Shown piece by piece: positions 23,839-35,990 of a stretch of DNA of 54,635 bases (positions are counted from its first letter, which is position 1; every line of letters begins with the position of its first letter). The notes under the pieces are model-generated. The model saw only the letters and a program-made list of their open reading frames with translations. It searched no databases and was not told the DNA's origin. The translations under genes were made by a program, and so were the position numbers. Source of the DNA: Bilabrum cf. latius (Eukaryota); NCBI GenBank assembly GCA_965178125.1, contig OZ237764.1:806001-860635 (forward strand). Reading direction: 5' to 3'.

Positions 23839-26562
23839 ATGACGTATCCCTCAACGAAAGCTCTGGGCGAACTCCTTGAAGTCTCTCTATGTAGCCCAGA
23901 CGGAGCCGTGGAAGCCAAAGCAGCAGTGAATAGCGGCAGCTCACTAATTCTGGGCAGGAAATCGGAGTTACTGCCTGTCCGATACCCAGGCGTTTCAAAA
24001 TCTCACGCGGAAATTGTGTGGGATGGCTCGACCGTGTTGTTGCGAAACCTCGGCCCAAAGAATGGCACCAGAGTAGGAGGCCAGCTGATTGATAGCACTG
24101 CTACAGTAGAAGTGGGAGCAGGATAGCGGATCCAGCTTGGAAAATACGCTGGCTGGGTGTCCATTCAACCCACCAAGGCAGCGGTGCAGGTGCCTGCGCC
24201 AGTAAAGTCCTCAGATGCAGGCACAATGTCCGCCAATCCTCAAGGGAGCGTTGCTCCCATGCATGCATCGGCCGCAGGTCCATCTTCGAAGCCAGTCCCG
24301 ACGACTACCCGTGCTCAAAATGAGCAGAGTTATGGGCTGCTGGTTCCTGCGGTCGATCTGGCCTCGAAGGCACTGGTCGACCGCAGGATTCCCCTTGTGG
24401 GTGGCGCTTTGCTCGTGCCAACTGACTCCGCTGATGCAGCTCGGGAGGTGCGAATTCGAGAGCGTGTGCCCAAATCAGACGGGGCTCCTAGCCCCAGCTC
24501 GCGGGCCTCGGCGGCTTTGTGTGTGTCTGCCTCTCCCTCGGGTGACGCGGTTGCATTGGGCTAGGCAAGCGGGTGCATCTCAGTGTTTGAGCTTCGCCGC
24601 ACTCGATAGGACGGGCTTCCGAGTGCAGCGCTACAGGCAGAGGAAGTAGATTCCAAGGCAGTGCATAGCATGGCCTGGGCTTGCGATGGCAGCCGAGTGT
24701 TCGCGGCGACAGCCACCCCGCAGGCGCTCATCGTTTCTGTGGATCGAGGAGGCGACGGTGCCGGTCGGGTGGAAGGGCTGTCCCTTGAGACGCGGACAAG
24801 GAAGGGAGATCCCTACATCCGAGACGTGACTCAGAATTGGGGACACACCGGGGCGGTTTCGGCGGTGTGCGCGCATCCCAGCGACAGGGACAGGTTTGCC
24901 ACGAGCAGCCTCGACGGCAGCGTTAGGCTGTGGCACGTGGCTCGTGGCGAACGTCGATTCAAGGAGCTTCTTTCTGGAGAGGAGAAGGGCGGGGATGCCA
25001 AGGCCTTCGCGGAGAGGATGGGTGGCACGGCCGTCAAACGGAGGAGGGTGACTGCGGCGTCTGGGAGCGGTGGCACTGGGGGGAAGGTCAGAGGGTGCAT
25101 CCGAGTCAGGGACCCGGAGGGAAGGCCATCCCCTGCCACCGCCCTGTGCTGGGCGGCGGATTCGGGTCGGCTACTCGTCGGAGACTGTAGTGGGACCTTG
25201 CAGGCTTGGGACCCCGAAGGTGCGCTGGTACAGCCGGCGGCCGTCGTGTCTGGGCTGCTCGCACTTCCGGAGGCAGCCGTGGGCGGGTCGTCGGCAGCGG
25301 CTGCCACAGCTGAGAGAGAGACAAAAGGGAAGGAGACATTGGTCGACCTGCAAGGCGTTCATCTGGGCATCCGCTGCATTCGGCTGCGACCCGGCAAGTC
25401 ATGGGCCGCGGCTCTGCTGGTTGTGCTGCCCGGCGGACGAGGCTGCCGAATCATGCTGCTTGACTTGCGTCTCGCTGGCAGAGGACTCAGCGGAGCAGGG
25501 GCGCGCCGTGAGGATGCTACAGAAGGGCTCTCTGCCTACAGCACAGTTGACTCGATGCTTCCTAAGCCTGTTGTGCTCGCTGCGGAGGGTGTTCCATGCA
25601 ATCCGGATGGGGCTTGCATGGACTGGAGCCCGTGCGGGCGGTACCTCCTGCTTGGCACAGATGGCGGGAGTACTGGACTCAACCACTCGCAGGCTGTAGA
25701 TCACCCTATAACTTCTACAGGGACCCACGATCAGGATGCGTCGCCGAGCGTGCAAGCCTTCGAAGTGGCAAAGGCACTCAGGCGCATACGCGAGACGAGG
25801 TGCAGGGTACTGGACTGGGCGTCTTGCGTCGTTGCAGAAAGAAATGTCGCGGCTGCAACTGGCAGCGGATTCCGGTTGCCCAGTTCAACTGCTGCTTCGG
25901 TCGCTGATGATGACCATGCTCCGCCTCCTGTCAACACCTTCGTCACTGGGGTAGAGACGGTGCCGCGACTCCAGCAAGTGCTGGTGTCCGGCTCAGATGG
26001 ATTCGCTAGGCTTCTCTTCCACCCAGAAACCAGTCGCCCTGGATCTGGCGCACTTGGGGTGCTGGCACGGGGCGGGGGGCGGGAGGGTGAGGGGGTGGTG
26101 CTGCACGGCGCCGCAGCCCGCCCCGCGGCAGATGCGGCGACCGATGCGGCCATCCAAGCAGCAAGGTCAGGCAGGGTCTACGCTCCGAATGCACTGCCCC
26201 TGTATCGTGAGAACAAGCGTGACATTCGCGATCGGGCACGTGGACTTAGTGAGGCGGCGATTGCGGTTAGACGCGAAGCCGGTGAGGAAGCCAGGCGCAA
26301 GCGGGAAACAGACGACCTCGAGGGAGCCCTCGAAGAGGCAAGAGGCACGTCTAGCGCCCCGCAGACGATGTGGCAGCACATGATGCAGAAGGAACTCAAG
26401 GAAAGGACCAAGAGGGCGGTGCGCATCCGCGAAGAGGAGGGTCTAGCGCCGGACGCAGCCGAGGCGGGAGCCGGTCTCTCCGTGAAGTCACTGGCAGGGA
26501 AAAAGAGACAGCGAGACCCAGATTAGGACCCGGATAGCACGGAGAGGGATACAACGGATTGA
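23839..26562 (+). CDS. FHA domain plus WDR70-like WD40 protein, ~907 aa
   Basis: Same-frame ORFs joined at TAG. ILGRKS...GVSKSHAEI...NLGPKNGTRV is an FHA signature. KGDPYIRDVTQNWGHTGAV, FATSSLDGSVRLW and VYAPNALPLYRE are WDR70-like. First non-TAG stop is TGA 26560-26562. Confidence 0.75.
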
Positions 26563-26762
26563 ATCGGGGCAGCTTTCATAACATTAAACGCTCTGTCAAT
26601 AATCGCTGCGAGCCTACAGCCCGAGAACAAAAGCACAGACCGGACTGCTGCTAGGTTACAATCTCACTAATAGCTTCAATTGTGGGGTTTCGAATCGTAT
26701 CCGTAGCTTGTCCTTTGTCCCAGAACGCCGCTAACAAGTCCCGTCGCTGCAAGCCGGTCGCT

Positions 26763-28682
26763 TTATGGTGCCTCTGTTCGGGACCGGCGAGACCTTCGCT
26801 GCTTAGCACGCGATGCACCGGGCTGCGACATCTTGTCGGCCGCCCGCTCAGCCATGCCTTCGAGGAGTCCCTCATGACTTGATGCGTCCCGTTGGCCTGA
26901 CATTATCCCATCTGCGCGGCCAAGGCCCGCGTTCATGTCTGCCGCGATGGAGGCGCTGTTTTTGCCGATGAACACTAGCACCCCGCTGCAGTCTGTATGC
27001 AATGCAGATGCCACGGAAGGGAGCGGCCGGTCTGCGTCCCACGGCTCGATCCTCAGGTCGGCGTGCACGCCTTGCACCACCCAAGCTGTGCCGACTGGCG
27101 CCGATCCAGTGGATCCCTCAATACCTTCACCGTGGCTTGCGCTCCTGTCCAGCAAGAATCCCTTTACTCTGTACAGATGCTCGGCGTGCGCATCCAGAAC
27201 ACCGCGAAATGCCTCAACCACCTGCTCGACCCCAGCTGACGAGGGCACGTGAACAACAGTCGTCGATATACTAGCAGTGTGCTTATGGCCATGACTGTGC
27301 CCGTGACTGCTGCCATGCCCATGCCCATGCCCATGCTCACGCCCATGCCCATGCCCATGCTCATGCCCATGCCCATGCCCATGCTCATGCTCATGCCCAC
27401 TGTCGCACTCTGCACAGGCTTCGTTGCTGTGCTCTCCCGCTCCCGCCAGTTCCACGATGTTTGGGTCATCCCACTGCCCCTGTCTTTGCTGGTCTGATGC
27501 TCCTTTTTGCTTGCCCCCTACCTTGGCGGAAGTTGCTCCGCCTTCCAGACTGGCGCTCCACCCGCCCACCTCGAGCACGACCCCTAGGCTCACCTGGCAG
27601 TGGCTGCACGGGACCATCCTCGCCGTGGGATTGACAGCCCGTACCATCGCGCGAACATCTGCCAAGGGGCCTTCCTGATCATCCCCATCACCAAGTAGGT
27701 CGCACTTGTTAAGCAGCACCACATCGGAGCTAGCGATCTGCCGCTCCACCTCGAGAGCTCCGGACCCAGGGGGCCCCTCTCTTGCTGCACCGCCGGGCTT
27801 CTCTGACTTGTGCTTCAGCAAATTCACAGCATCAGCAACGCACACCACACCGTCTAGTCGGAACCACTGCCCTAGCCCATGTACTGCATCGGCCTCGTTC
27901 TCCTGCCCGTCGCCTTGCGCCTGCCCCTCCTGCTGCCCGTCCTGCTCCCCAGTGCCCTCTGCAAAGAACGCAGACAGGATCGGCCAGGGATCCGCCAGAC
28001 CGCTCATCTCAATAACAATTCGATCAGGCACAAGCCTCACGCTTCCCGTCGAATCATTGTCGTGCGATTCGTGCGACGCAGGGCGCTTCGGTCTGTTCGC
28101 AAGTTTGGCATCTGCCTGTAAGAGGCGGACAATCTGGTCGAGAACTCTTTCTAAGCCAAACGCCCCCGCCCCTACACCAGATGAAGGTGCTGAGCAGCAC
28201 AGGCACCCATTCTACAGCAGGATTACGTCAGACATGTCATCGGCATCTTTCGATGCACGCGAAGGACACAGCGCCTGCGCCAGACCGAACACGTCAAAGT
28301 AGCTGTGCGACGCCAACTTGGTTTCCCTAGGTATACCAACCCGCTTCTTAAGCAAATCCTGGTCAATGCCGACAGCCCCCACTTCGTTTTCAATAACGCA
28401 AACTCGACCATACGAGTCGCCTTCGGACAGAATTCTGTTCACGAGGGTCGTTTTGCCGGCACCAAGGAACCCAGTCACGATAGTGATTGGAATCCGAGAC
28501 ATCCTCTCACGAGCTGACATGAGCCTCGCAACACTGCTCATCTTTGATTCAATTCGGCGATTTCGCCACGTTTCGAGTGCATGGGCGATGATGTTCGCCG
28601 CCACCACAGAAGCTATGAGAACCAATGCAATTATTACAACTGAAAACACACTAGAATCCTTCAAGTGCAGAAATGATACCAT
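26763..28682 (-). CDS. COG0523/CobW-family (ZNG1-like) G3E metallochaperone GTPase with N-terminal hydrophobic segment and His-rich loop, ~639 aa
   Basis: Motifs [27 protein letters not shown] (TAG at 28212), [22 protein letters not shown] repeats, LYRVKG...VQGVH...LVFIG. Stop is TAA. Confidence 0.9.
27285..27399 (-). repeat. Coding hexamer repeat giving the His-Gly/His-Glu tract of the CobW protein
   Basis: (catgcc/catgct)n on the + strand translates as [14 protein letters not shown]... on the - strand. Confidence 0.85.
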
Positions 28683-28981
28683 GATTCAGGCGAGAGAATG
28701 CGAATAGTCCATCCGGATCTGATGTATAATGTTGCGTGCCAGAACTATGAAAATAAACCACACTTTCCAGTGTGACTACTAGTCATATGCTCGGCAATTT
28801 TTGCGTTCCGAGAGCCAAAAACGTGCGTGATTTGTGTTTTTCCTACACAGCACTCTTTATACTAGGCAGATGAATCGAATTCGAGCCACAACCCGCGTGA
28901 GAAAAGATCATTTTCGTGCTGCTTCCTGCCTGACGTGTATCCACGGACCGGTTTCGCACACGTGCTGCATGCAAATCCAAG

Positions 28982-31961
28982 ATGAACCTGCTGCTATTGC
29001 CTGGTGCCACACAGTTGTACGGAGTCGGAAGGCTTGCTCAGCGCATTTGCCAGCGAACGCCCGCGGCTCTGTCGCAATTTTCCCATGGAAGTTCATATTC
29101 CAGGTGTGGCGTGTCTGGAGGCTCATTCCGGTTCATATCTGCCACAGCGGCAAGCTCCGACGAATCAAAGTTGCCCGAAGGTGAGATCGTAGTAATTTAT
29201 TTCGTATCGGCGATCATCTCAATCTAATTCCACGCAAATTGAGTATCCGCGACTGCGCATCCCGGTCGCAGGTTTCGGACGGAAGCGCAAGTCGTCAAGC
29301 CAAAAGAAATCTCGTAACAAAGAAGATGATACGGAATCAAGGGATGCCCCGAAAGCATCTGATGCTGGCCGTGAAAGTGAATCGGCGAGCGGCAAAGAGT
29401 CCAAGGAGGCACCTAGTGACGACAAACAGTCAGACAAGCCCAAGTCTCCAAAGGAGGCTGAAAGTGACACTGACGAGGTTCTCGACCGTGTCCGCGAGCG
29501 ATTACAGGCACTGATGGGCTCCGATGCCAATGAGAAGGGTCCAAAGGGAAAGAAAGGCGACAAAAAGTCTGGGAAGGGCGGCGGCGACAAGAAAGGTGCC
29601 GAAGAGGAAGGCGAAATGGGCATGGGGCAGACTGCAATCTCGATGATAACCACAGCGCTCACATTTGCAGTGCTAGCATACTTGTTCGGAGGCCGGGGCG
29701 AGTCGAACCAGGGCCGCGAGGTGTCCTGGCAGGAGCTCAGGAGCGAGTACCTGGCCAAGGGGTTGGTGGACCGTGTGGAGATCGTCAACAAAGAGGTGGC
29801 CAAGGTATATTTGAGGCAAGAACCAGACAAGACCAGGGCTGCACCCGAGCATCGCAGCGACACGGGAGAGGGTTCGGATGGAGCTTGGCACGACGATGCG
29901 GGCCAGCAGCCTGCCGCGGCGGCGGGCCGTCCCCGGCCTGGTAGCGAGACGGTCGTGCACTTCCGCATCGGGTCGGTCGATACGTTCGAGAGGCAACTGG
30001 AGGACGCGCAGCTCGACTTCCGCGTGCCACCGTCCATGTTCGTCCCCGTGCGGCACGTGCAGAGCACGGACTGGGGCTCGGCGCTGCTGGGGCTGCTACC
30101 CACGCTGCTTATCCTCGGCATCATCGTGGCGGCCATGCGCGGCGCTGGAGGGGGCATGCCGGGTGGGCCAGGCGGTCCCGGGGGTGGCCCGATGAGTCGC
30201 ATCTTCAACATAGGGAAGAGCAACGCGCAGACCATCAAGCCTGAGAACGTGAACGTGACCTTCAAGGACGTGGCGGGCTGCGACGAGGCCAAGAGGGAGA
30301 TCATGGAGTTCGTTGAGTTCCTCAAGTCGCCCGCCAGGTTCACCAAGCTGGGAGCGAAGATTCCGAAAGGGGCGCTGCTGGTGGGCCCGCCGGGAACCGG
30401 TAAGACTTTGCTCGCGAAGGCGACAGCGGGAGAGGCCAGCGTTCCTTTCCTGTCGATCAGCGGAAGCGATTTTGTCGAGATGTTTGTCGGCGTGGGCGCG
30501 TCGCGAGTGCGCGATCTGTTCGAGAAGGCGCGGAAGTCCACACCGTGCATTGTGTTCATCGACGAGATCGACGCAGTTGCGAGGAAGAGGAACCAGAACA
30601 GCATGGGCGGGAATGACGAGCGGGAGAACACCCTGAACCAGTTGTTAGTGGAGATGGATGGGTTCAGCTCGCAGGAGGGGGTGGTAGTGCTGGCTGGCAC
30701 GAACCGTGCAGACGTGCTGGACCCTGCCATCCTGCGCCCGGGCCGATTCGACCGTCAGATCACCGTAGACCGCCCGGACATCAGGGGCCGCATGGAGATC
30801 TTCAAGGTGCACCTCAAGGACATCCAGGTGGACGGCGACAAGGACGCCATCGCGAAGCGGCTGGCGGCGCTGACTCCCGGTTTCGCAGGAGCCGAGATCC
30901 GGAACATCTGCAACGAGGCCGCCATCTTCGCTGCCCGTCGGAAGAAGGACGCGGTGACTCTTGAGGACTTCGACTCTGCCACGGACCGGGTCATCGGGGG
31001 GCTCGAGAAGCGGAACTCGCTCATGACCCCGGAGGAGAAACGCACCGTCGCATTCCACGAGGCCGGACACGCTGTGGTGGGGTGGTTCCTGGAGCACGCC
31101 GACCCTCTGCTGAAGGTCACCATCGTCCCAAGGACATCAGGCGCGCTGGGATTCGCGCAGTATCTTCCCAAGGAAGTAGCGCTGCACACCACCGAGGCGC
31201 TGGTGGATCGGATGTGCATGGCTCTCGGCGGGAGGGCCGCAGAAGAAGTGCACTTTGGGCGCATCACCACGGGGGCGCAGGACGACCTGGACAAAGTCAC
31301 GCAGATGGCGTACGCGATGACCACCGTGTACGGCATGAACCCTAAGGTCGGGCAGCTGTCCTTCCGACAGCAGGACGGGGGCGGCATGCCGCAGTCGAAG
31401 CCCTACAGCGACAGCACGGCCCAAATGATCGACGAGGAGGTGCGCACGCTCGTGGAAGGTGCGTACAAGCGCACACTCAACCTAGTGCGCGACAAGACCG
31501 ACTTGATCAACCAGCTGGCCACCCGTCTCCTGGAGAAGGAGACCATCGCGCAGGAGGACATCGTGGAGATCCTGGGCGATCGGCCGTTCACGTCGTCCAA
31601 GGGATACAAGGATTACGTGTCTACCGCGTTTGGGGAGGATGCGGACGAGATGGATGCTAGGGCGGCTGGGTCTGGCGGCACCGGCGAGGGCGTTGATGGT
31701 GGTGATGGGGACGGTGGGACCCCCGCCACTGGAGAGGGTGAGGCAGAGGTGGAGGGAGAGGAGGAGGAGGAGGAGGAGGACAAGTTCAGCAAGGGCAGCG
31801 ATGCAGGCACATCGCGATTCTAGGGCGCCGGCACCGGGTATCCATCCGTTGACAGCACATTGCGTGTTGCGGATGCACTTGAGGAGGCAGCGCGCGAGTT
31901 TAGGATGCAGAGCCACACAGAGTCCGCTGAGGACATCGACTGGGGCTAGGGGCGGTCGTAA
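28982..31961 (+). CDS. AFG3: Mitochondrial m-AAA metalloprotease (AFG3/FtsH family), ~962 aa; intron 29181-29271
   Basis: Motifs [61 protein letters not shown], two hydrophobic segments and a presequence-like exon 1 (KLPE|GFG across a GTGAG...CGCAG intron). With TAG read as Gln the end is TAA 31959-31961. Confidence 0.92.
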
Positions 31962-32149
31962 GCCCCATGTGTGAGAGTTCGCATGGGCATGCAAAGAACA
32001 AAATTCGCTCGTGTATCGATCCGGAAACTGTATCGCGCACAACGCACAAGGGATAGCGGGGCTCCTTCCCCGCAACCGATGGTGACGCACGGGCTCTCTA
32101 ATGTTCTGTCTTCCCTCTGCTCCCCATCCAGTACATCTTGCCGTTCCAT

Positions 32150-33927
32150 TCACTCCATGTTCTCCACGATAGCCTCGCCAAACTCAGAGCACTTGAGGAG
32201 CGTGGCTCCCTCCATCATGCGCTCGAAGTCGTACGTGACGCGCTTCTGCGCGATGGAGCGATCCATGCCACGGATGATGAGGTCAGCGGCTTCGTTCCAG
32301 CCGAGGTGCCTGAGCATCATCTCCCCGCTCAGAATAACGCTGCCGGGGTTCACCTTGTCCTGGTTGGCGTACTTGGGAGCAGTGCCGTGCGTGGCCTCGA
32401 AGATGGCGTGCCCGGTGTCGTAGTTGATATTGCCGCCTGGTGCAATCCCGATGCCGCCCACCTGCGCCGCCAGCGCATCCGACAAGTAGTCTCCGTTCAG
32501 GTTCATTGTGGCGATCACGTCAAAGGAAGACGCCCGCGTGAGTACCTGCTGCAGCGAGATGTCCGCGATTGCGTCCTTGACCATGAGCTTGTTCTTCCAC
32601 TGCCCGTCCCCGTGCGTGGCCCAGATCTCGTCCATGACCGCCTGCACCTCCGCCCGCACTCCCTCCTGCTGCGTGGGCGTCATCATGTCGTACCCGGGTT
32701 CCACCTGCTTGGCATTCTCCTCCACGCTGATGTCCGGCTGGGCCTCCCTGTTGCCCAGGATCCACGACTCCCGCTCGGTGACCACGGCGTCCCTGAACTC
32801 CCTCGTGGCCACGGCATACCCCCAGTCCTTGAAGGCGCCCTCGGTGAACTTCATGATGTTCCCCCTCGGTGAACTTCATGATGTTCCCCTTGTGCACAAG
32901 GGCAAGCGACTCCCGCTTCTGGTCCAGCGAGTACTCGATGGCACTGCGCACCAGCCGCTCCGTGCCCTCCCTCGAAATGGGCTTGACGCCGAATCCAGCC
33001 GACTCGGGGAACCTCACCTTGCCAAGCACGCCCTTATCAGACAGGAACTGCCGCATGTCATTGGCCTCATCGCTGCCGCTCTGGAACTCGATGCCGGCGT
33101 AGATGTCCTCGGTGTTCTCCCTGAAGATGACCATGTCCACGTCCTGCGGCTTCTTGACCGGGGAGGGCACCCCTTCGAACCAGCGCACCGGGCGCAAGCA
33201 CACGTACAGATCCAGCTCTTGCCGGAGGGCCACGTTCAGCGAACGGAATCCACCTCCAATTGGAGTCGTTAGAGGACCTTTGATCCCGACCAGGTGCTTC
33301 CGATAGGCATCCAGAGTGGCCTCTGGCAGCCACTCACCGGTTTGGCGGAACGCCTTTTCGCCCGCAAGAACCTCAAGCCATTCGATCTTCTTTGACCCTC
33401 CATAAGCCTTCTCAACAGCTACATCAAGCACGCGCTGAGAAGCCTTCCAGATGTCAGGGCCAGTCCCATCGCCCTCAATGAAGGGGATGATCGGGTTGTC
33501 TGGCACCTTCAGCTGACCCTGCGGTTTGAAGAAGTGTGGCAACGGAAATAATTAATGCATCAAGAACAGAAAACACTAAAATAAATCATCAATCACCGAG
33601 CTCAAGGACCTGATCACCGCAACAGATCAGAATAGAGAAGACTAGGACGGACCCTTGCTTCGACGGGTGGTACCGTGGCTTCACAATTTGTCCGACTGGA
33701 TGCCAGTACCATGACATAGGGCAGCTTTATCGTGATCCTGTTAGTATGTACGCATGCAGAAACGCTGATACTAGCAAATACGGTGCGGCAGATCAACAAC
33801 CAATTGGCATGCTACCACAAAATGTTCATGCCGCGCTCACTTCCACCATTGCGCACGAGCTCGCCATCCTGCATGATGCAGATGCCTGAACTACTCGCTG
33901 CATTGATCGCACAGAACGACGCAACAT
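32150..33927 (-). CDS. icd: Bacterial-type (E. coli Icd-like) isocitrate dehydrogenase with putative mitochondrial presequence; inferred intron 33519-33840; frameshifted as assembled by a 25-bp duplication
   Basis: Motifs [100 protein letters not shown]. Exon 1 [29 protein letters not shown] joins GQLKVP in phase 0. Removing one 25-nt copy gives 476 aa. Confidence 0.88.
32838..32887. repeat. 25-bp perfect tandem duplication inside icd
   Basis: ccctcggtgaacttcatgatgttcc occurs twice consecutively, and the ORF track changes frame here. Confidence 0.93.
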
Positions 33928-34223
33928 ATTAGTGCGTTAGTTTGCGATAAATCTGGTCCGGTAGAACTATCTGCGGCGGATCTCACAAGGTCGGACCATG
34001 TGACGAGTGGCCGAAATGTTTACATGAACAAGATGCACAACAACTACACAAGTCTCGACTACACGATATAAATGCATGCGCCAATCCAGAATATACATTC
34101 CGCGCGACGTATGCGCAGAGGTTAACCTCGCGACCACCCCTCCTCATCACCATCCACCCTACGCACTTTGCCCCGACCGAACACTCTAACCCTAATATCA
34201 GGGTATAAGGATCACTTCCAAGG

Positions 34224-34406
34224 CCCCATCCATCGCCCGCACACCCAACCTGCTTGCCCCGGCACAGGGCTTGCCCCAGCATAGCAACCATGACCCCATC
34301 CATCGCCTGCACGCCCAACCTGCTTGCCCCGGCACAGGGCTTGCCCCAGCATAGCAAACATGACCCCATCCATCGCCCGCACGCCCAACCTGCTTGCCCC
34401 GGCACA
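34224..34406. repeat. Subtelomeric 70-bp tandem repeat, ~2.6 copies
   Basis: Unit ccccatccatcgcc... starts at 34224, 34294 and 34364; the last copy is cut by telomere repeats. Confidence 0.92.
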
Positions 34407-34407
34407 C

Positions 34408-34508
34408 TAGGGTTAGGGTTAGGGTTAGGGTTAGGGTTAGGGTTAGGGTTAGGGTTAGGGTTAGGGTTAGGGTTAGGGTTAGGGTTAGGGTTAGGGTTAG
34501 GGTTAGGG
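34408..34508 (+). repeat. Internal telomeric tract 1, (TTAGGG) ~17 units
   Basis: Seen directly in the sequence. Confidence 0.98.
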
Positions 34509-35942
34509 TATCTGGGGGTCATGTTAGGATCGGGGCACGCCCTTTTTTTGACCAAAAAATAAACCGCCGCACATTATATATATTTAGATAGCCCTTGATG
34601 TGTAGATATCCGTAAAAATTTTGTCTAGGGTCGATTTCTCAATATTAAGTGAGATATGAGGCGGTCAAGGGTCACCATCCGACCGTCAAATTTCAGGTGC
34701 CTGTTTGGGTTGTATGTGGATCGATTGGACTGTGCATGCGTGTATGTGGTTGTTCCCTGTGGCCAACAACGTGGAATGCATTGCTCATGTGCCCTGTTAG
34801 CCCCTCGGCGGCGCCGGTTCCGCAGGCGGCTTGAAATGGCTTGTGCGAGCGGTTTCCCCAAGGGGTCGATCCGGAGTCGATATTGTCAGGCCCCATCCGA
34901 CGCGTCTCGATGCGTAGATATCCGTAAAAATTTTGTCTAGGGTCGATTTCTCAATATTAAGCGAGATACGCGGAGGTATAGGGTTGGCACATGGGCGTGA
35001 GGGCGGCTACTCAGGGGCTGTGTGAGCGGGCCTGTTTGGGTTGTATGTGGATCGATTGGACTGTGCATGCGTGTATTTGGTTGTTCCCTGTGGCCAACAA
35101 CGTGGAATGCATTGCTCATGTGCCCTGTTAGCCCCTCGGCGGCGCCGGTTCCGCAGGCGGCTTGAAATGGCTTGTGCGAGCGGTTTCCCCAAGGGGTCGA
35201 TCCGGAGTCGATATTGTCAGGCCCCATCCGACGCGTCTCGATGCGTAGATATCCGTAAAAATTTTGTCTAGGGTCGATTTCTCAATATTAAGCGAGATAC
35301 GCGGAGGTATAGGGTTGGCACATGGGCGTGAGGGCGGCTACTCAGGGGCTGTGTGAGCGGGCCTGTTTGGGTTGTATGTGGATCGATTGGACTGTGCATG
35401 TGTGTATTTGGTTGTTCCCTGTGGCCAACAACGTGGAATGCATTGCTCATGTGCCCTGTTAGCCCCTCGGCGGCGCCGGTTCCGCAGGCGGCTTGAAATG
35501 GCTTGTGCGAGCGGTTTCGCCAAGGGGTCGATCCGGAGTCGATATTGTCAGGCCCCACCCGACGCGTCTCGATGCGTAGATATCCGTAAAAATTTTGTCT
35601 AGGGTCGATTTCTCAATATTAAGCGAGATACGCGGAGGTATAGGGTTGGCACATGGGCGTGAGGGCGGCTACTCAGGGGCTGTGTGAGCGGGCCTGTTTG
35701 GGTTGTATGTGGATCGATTGGACTGTGCATGCGTGTATTTGGTTGTTCCCTGTGGCCAACAACGTGGAATGCATTGCTCATGTGCCCTGTTAGCCCCTCG
35801 GCGGCGCCGGTTCCGCAGACGGCTTGAAATGGCTTGTGCGAGCGGTTTCGCCAAGGGGTCGATCCGGAGTCGATATTGTCAGGCCCCACCCGACGCGTCT
35901 CGATGCGTACATATCCGTAAAAATTTTGTCTAGGGTCTATTT
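34509..35942. mobile_element. Telomere-embedded element family A (truncated): TATCTGGGGG terminus plus 331-bp tandem repeats
   Basis: Flanked by TTAGGG tracts. Units start at ~34597 (312-bp variant), 34909, 35240, 35571 and 35902 (partial). Mobility is inferred. Confidence 0.6.
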
Positions 35943-35990
35943 TTAGGGTTAGGGTTAGGGTTAGGGTTAGGGTTAGGGTTAGGGTTAGGG
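35943..35990 (+). repeat. Internal telomeric tract 2, (TTAGGG)8
   Basis: Seen directly in the sequence. Confidence 0.98.

Noticed and set aside
20974-30730. Long antisense ORFs (e.g. 20974-22089, 29219-30730; likewise 52209-53963)
   Set aside because: Shadows of GC-rich sense genes with no independent motifs.
540-31961. TAG-interrupted genes as pseudogenes, or TAG as pyrrolysine
   Set aside because: Interruptions are exclusively TAG, with no frameshifts or TAA/TGA, across conserved housekeeping genes, and they fall at Gln positions.
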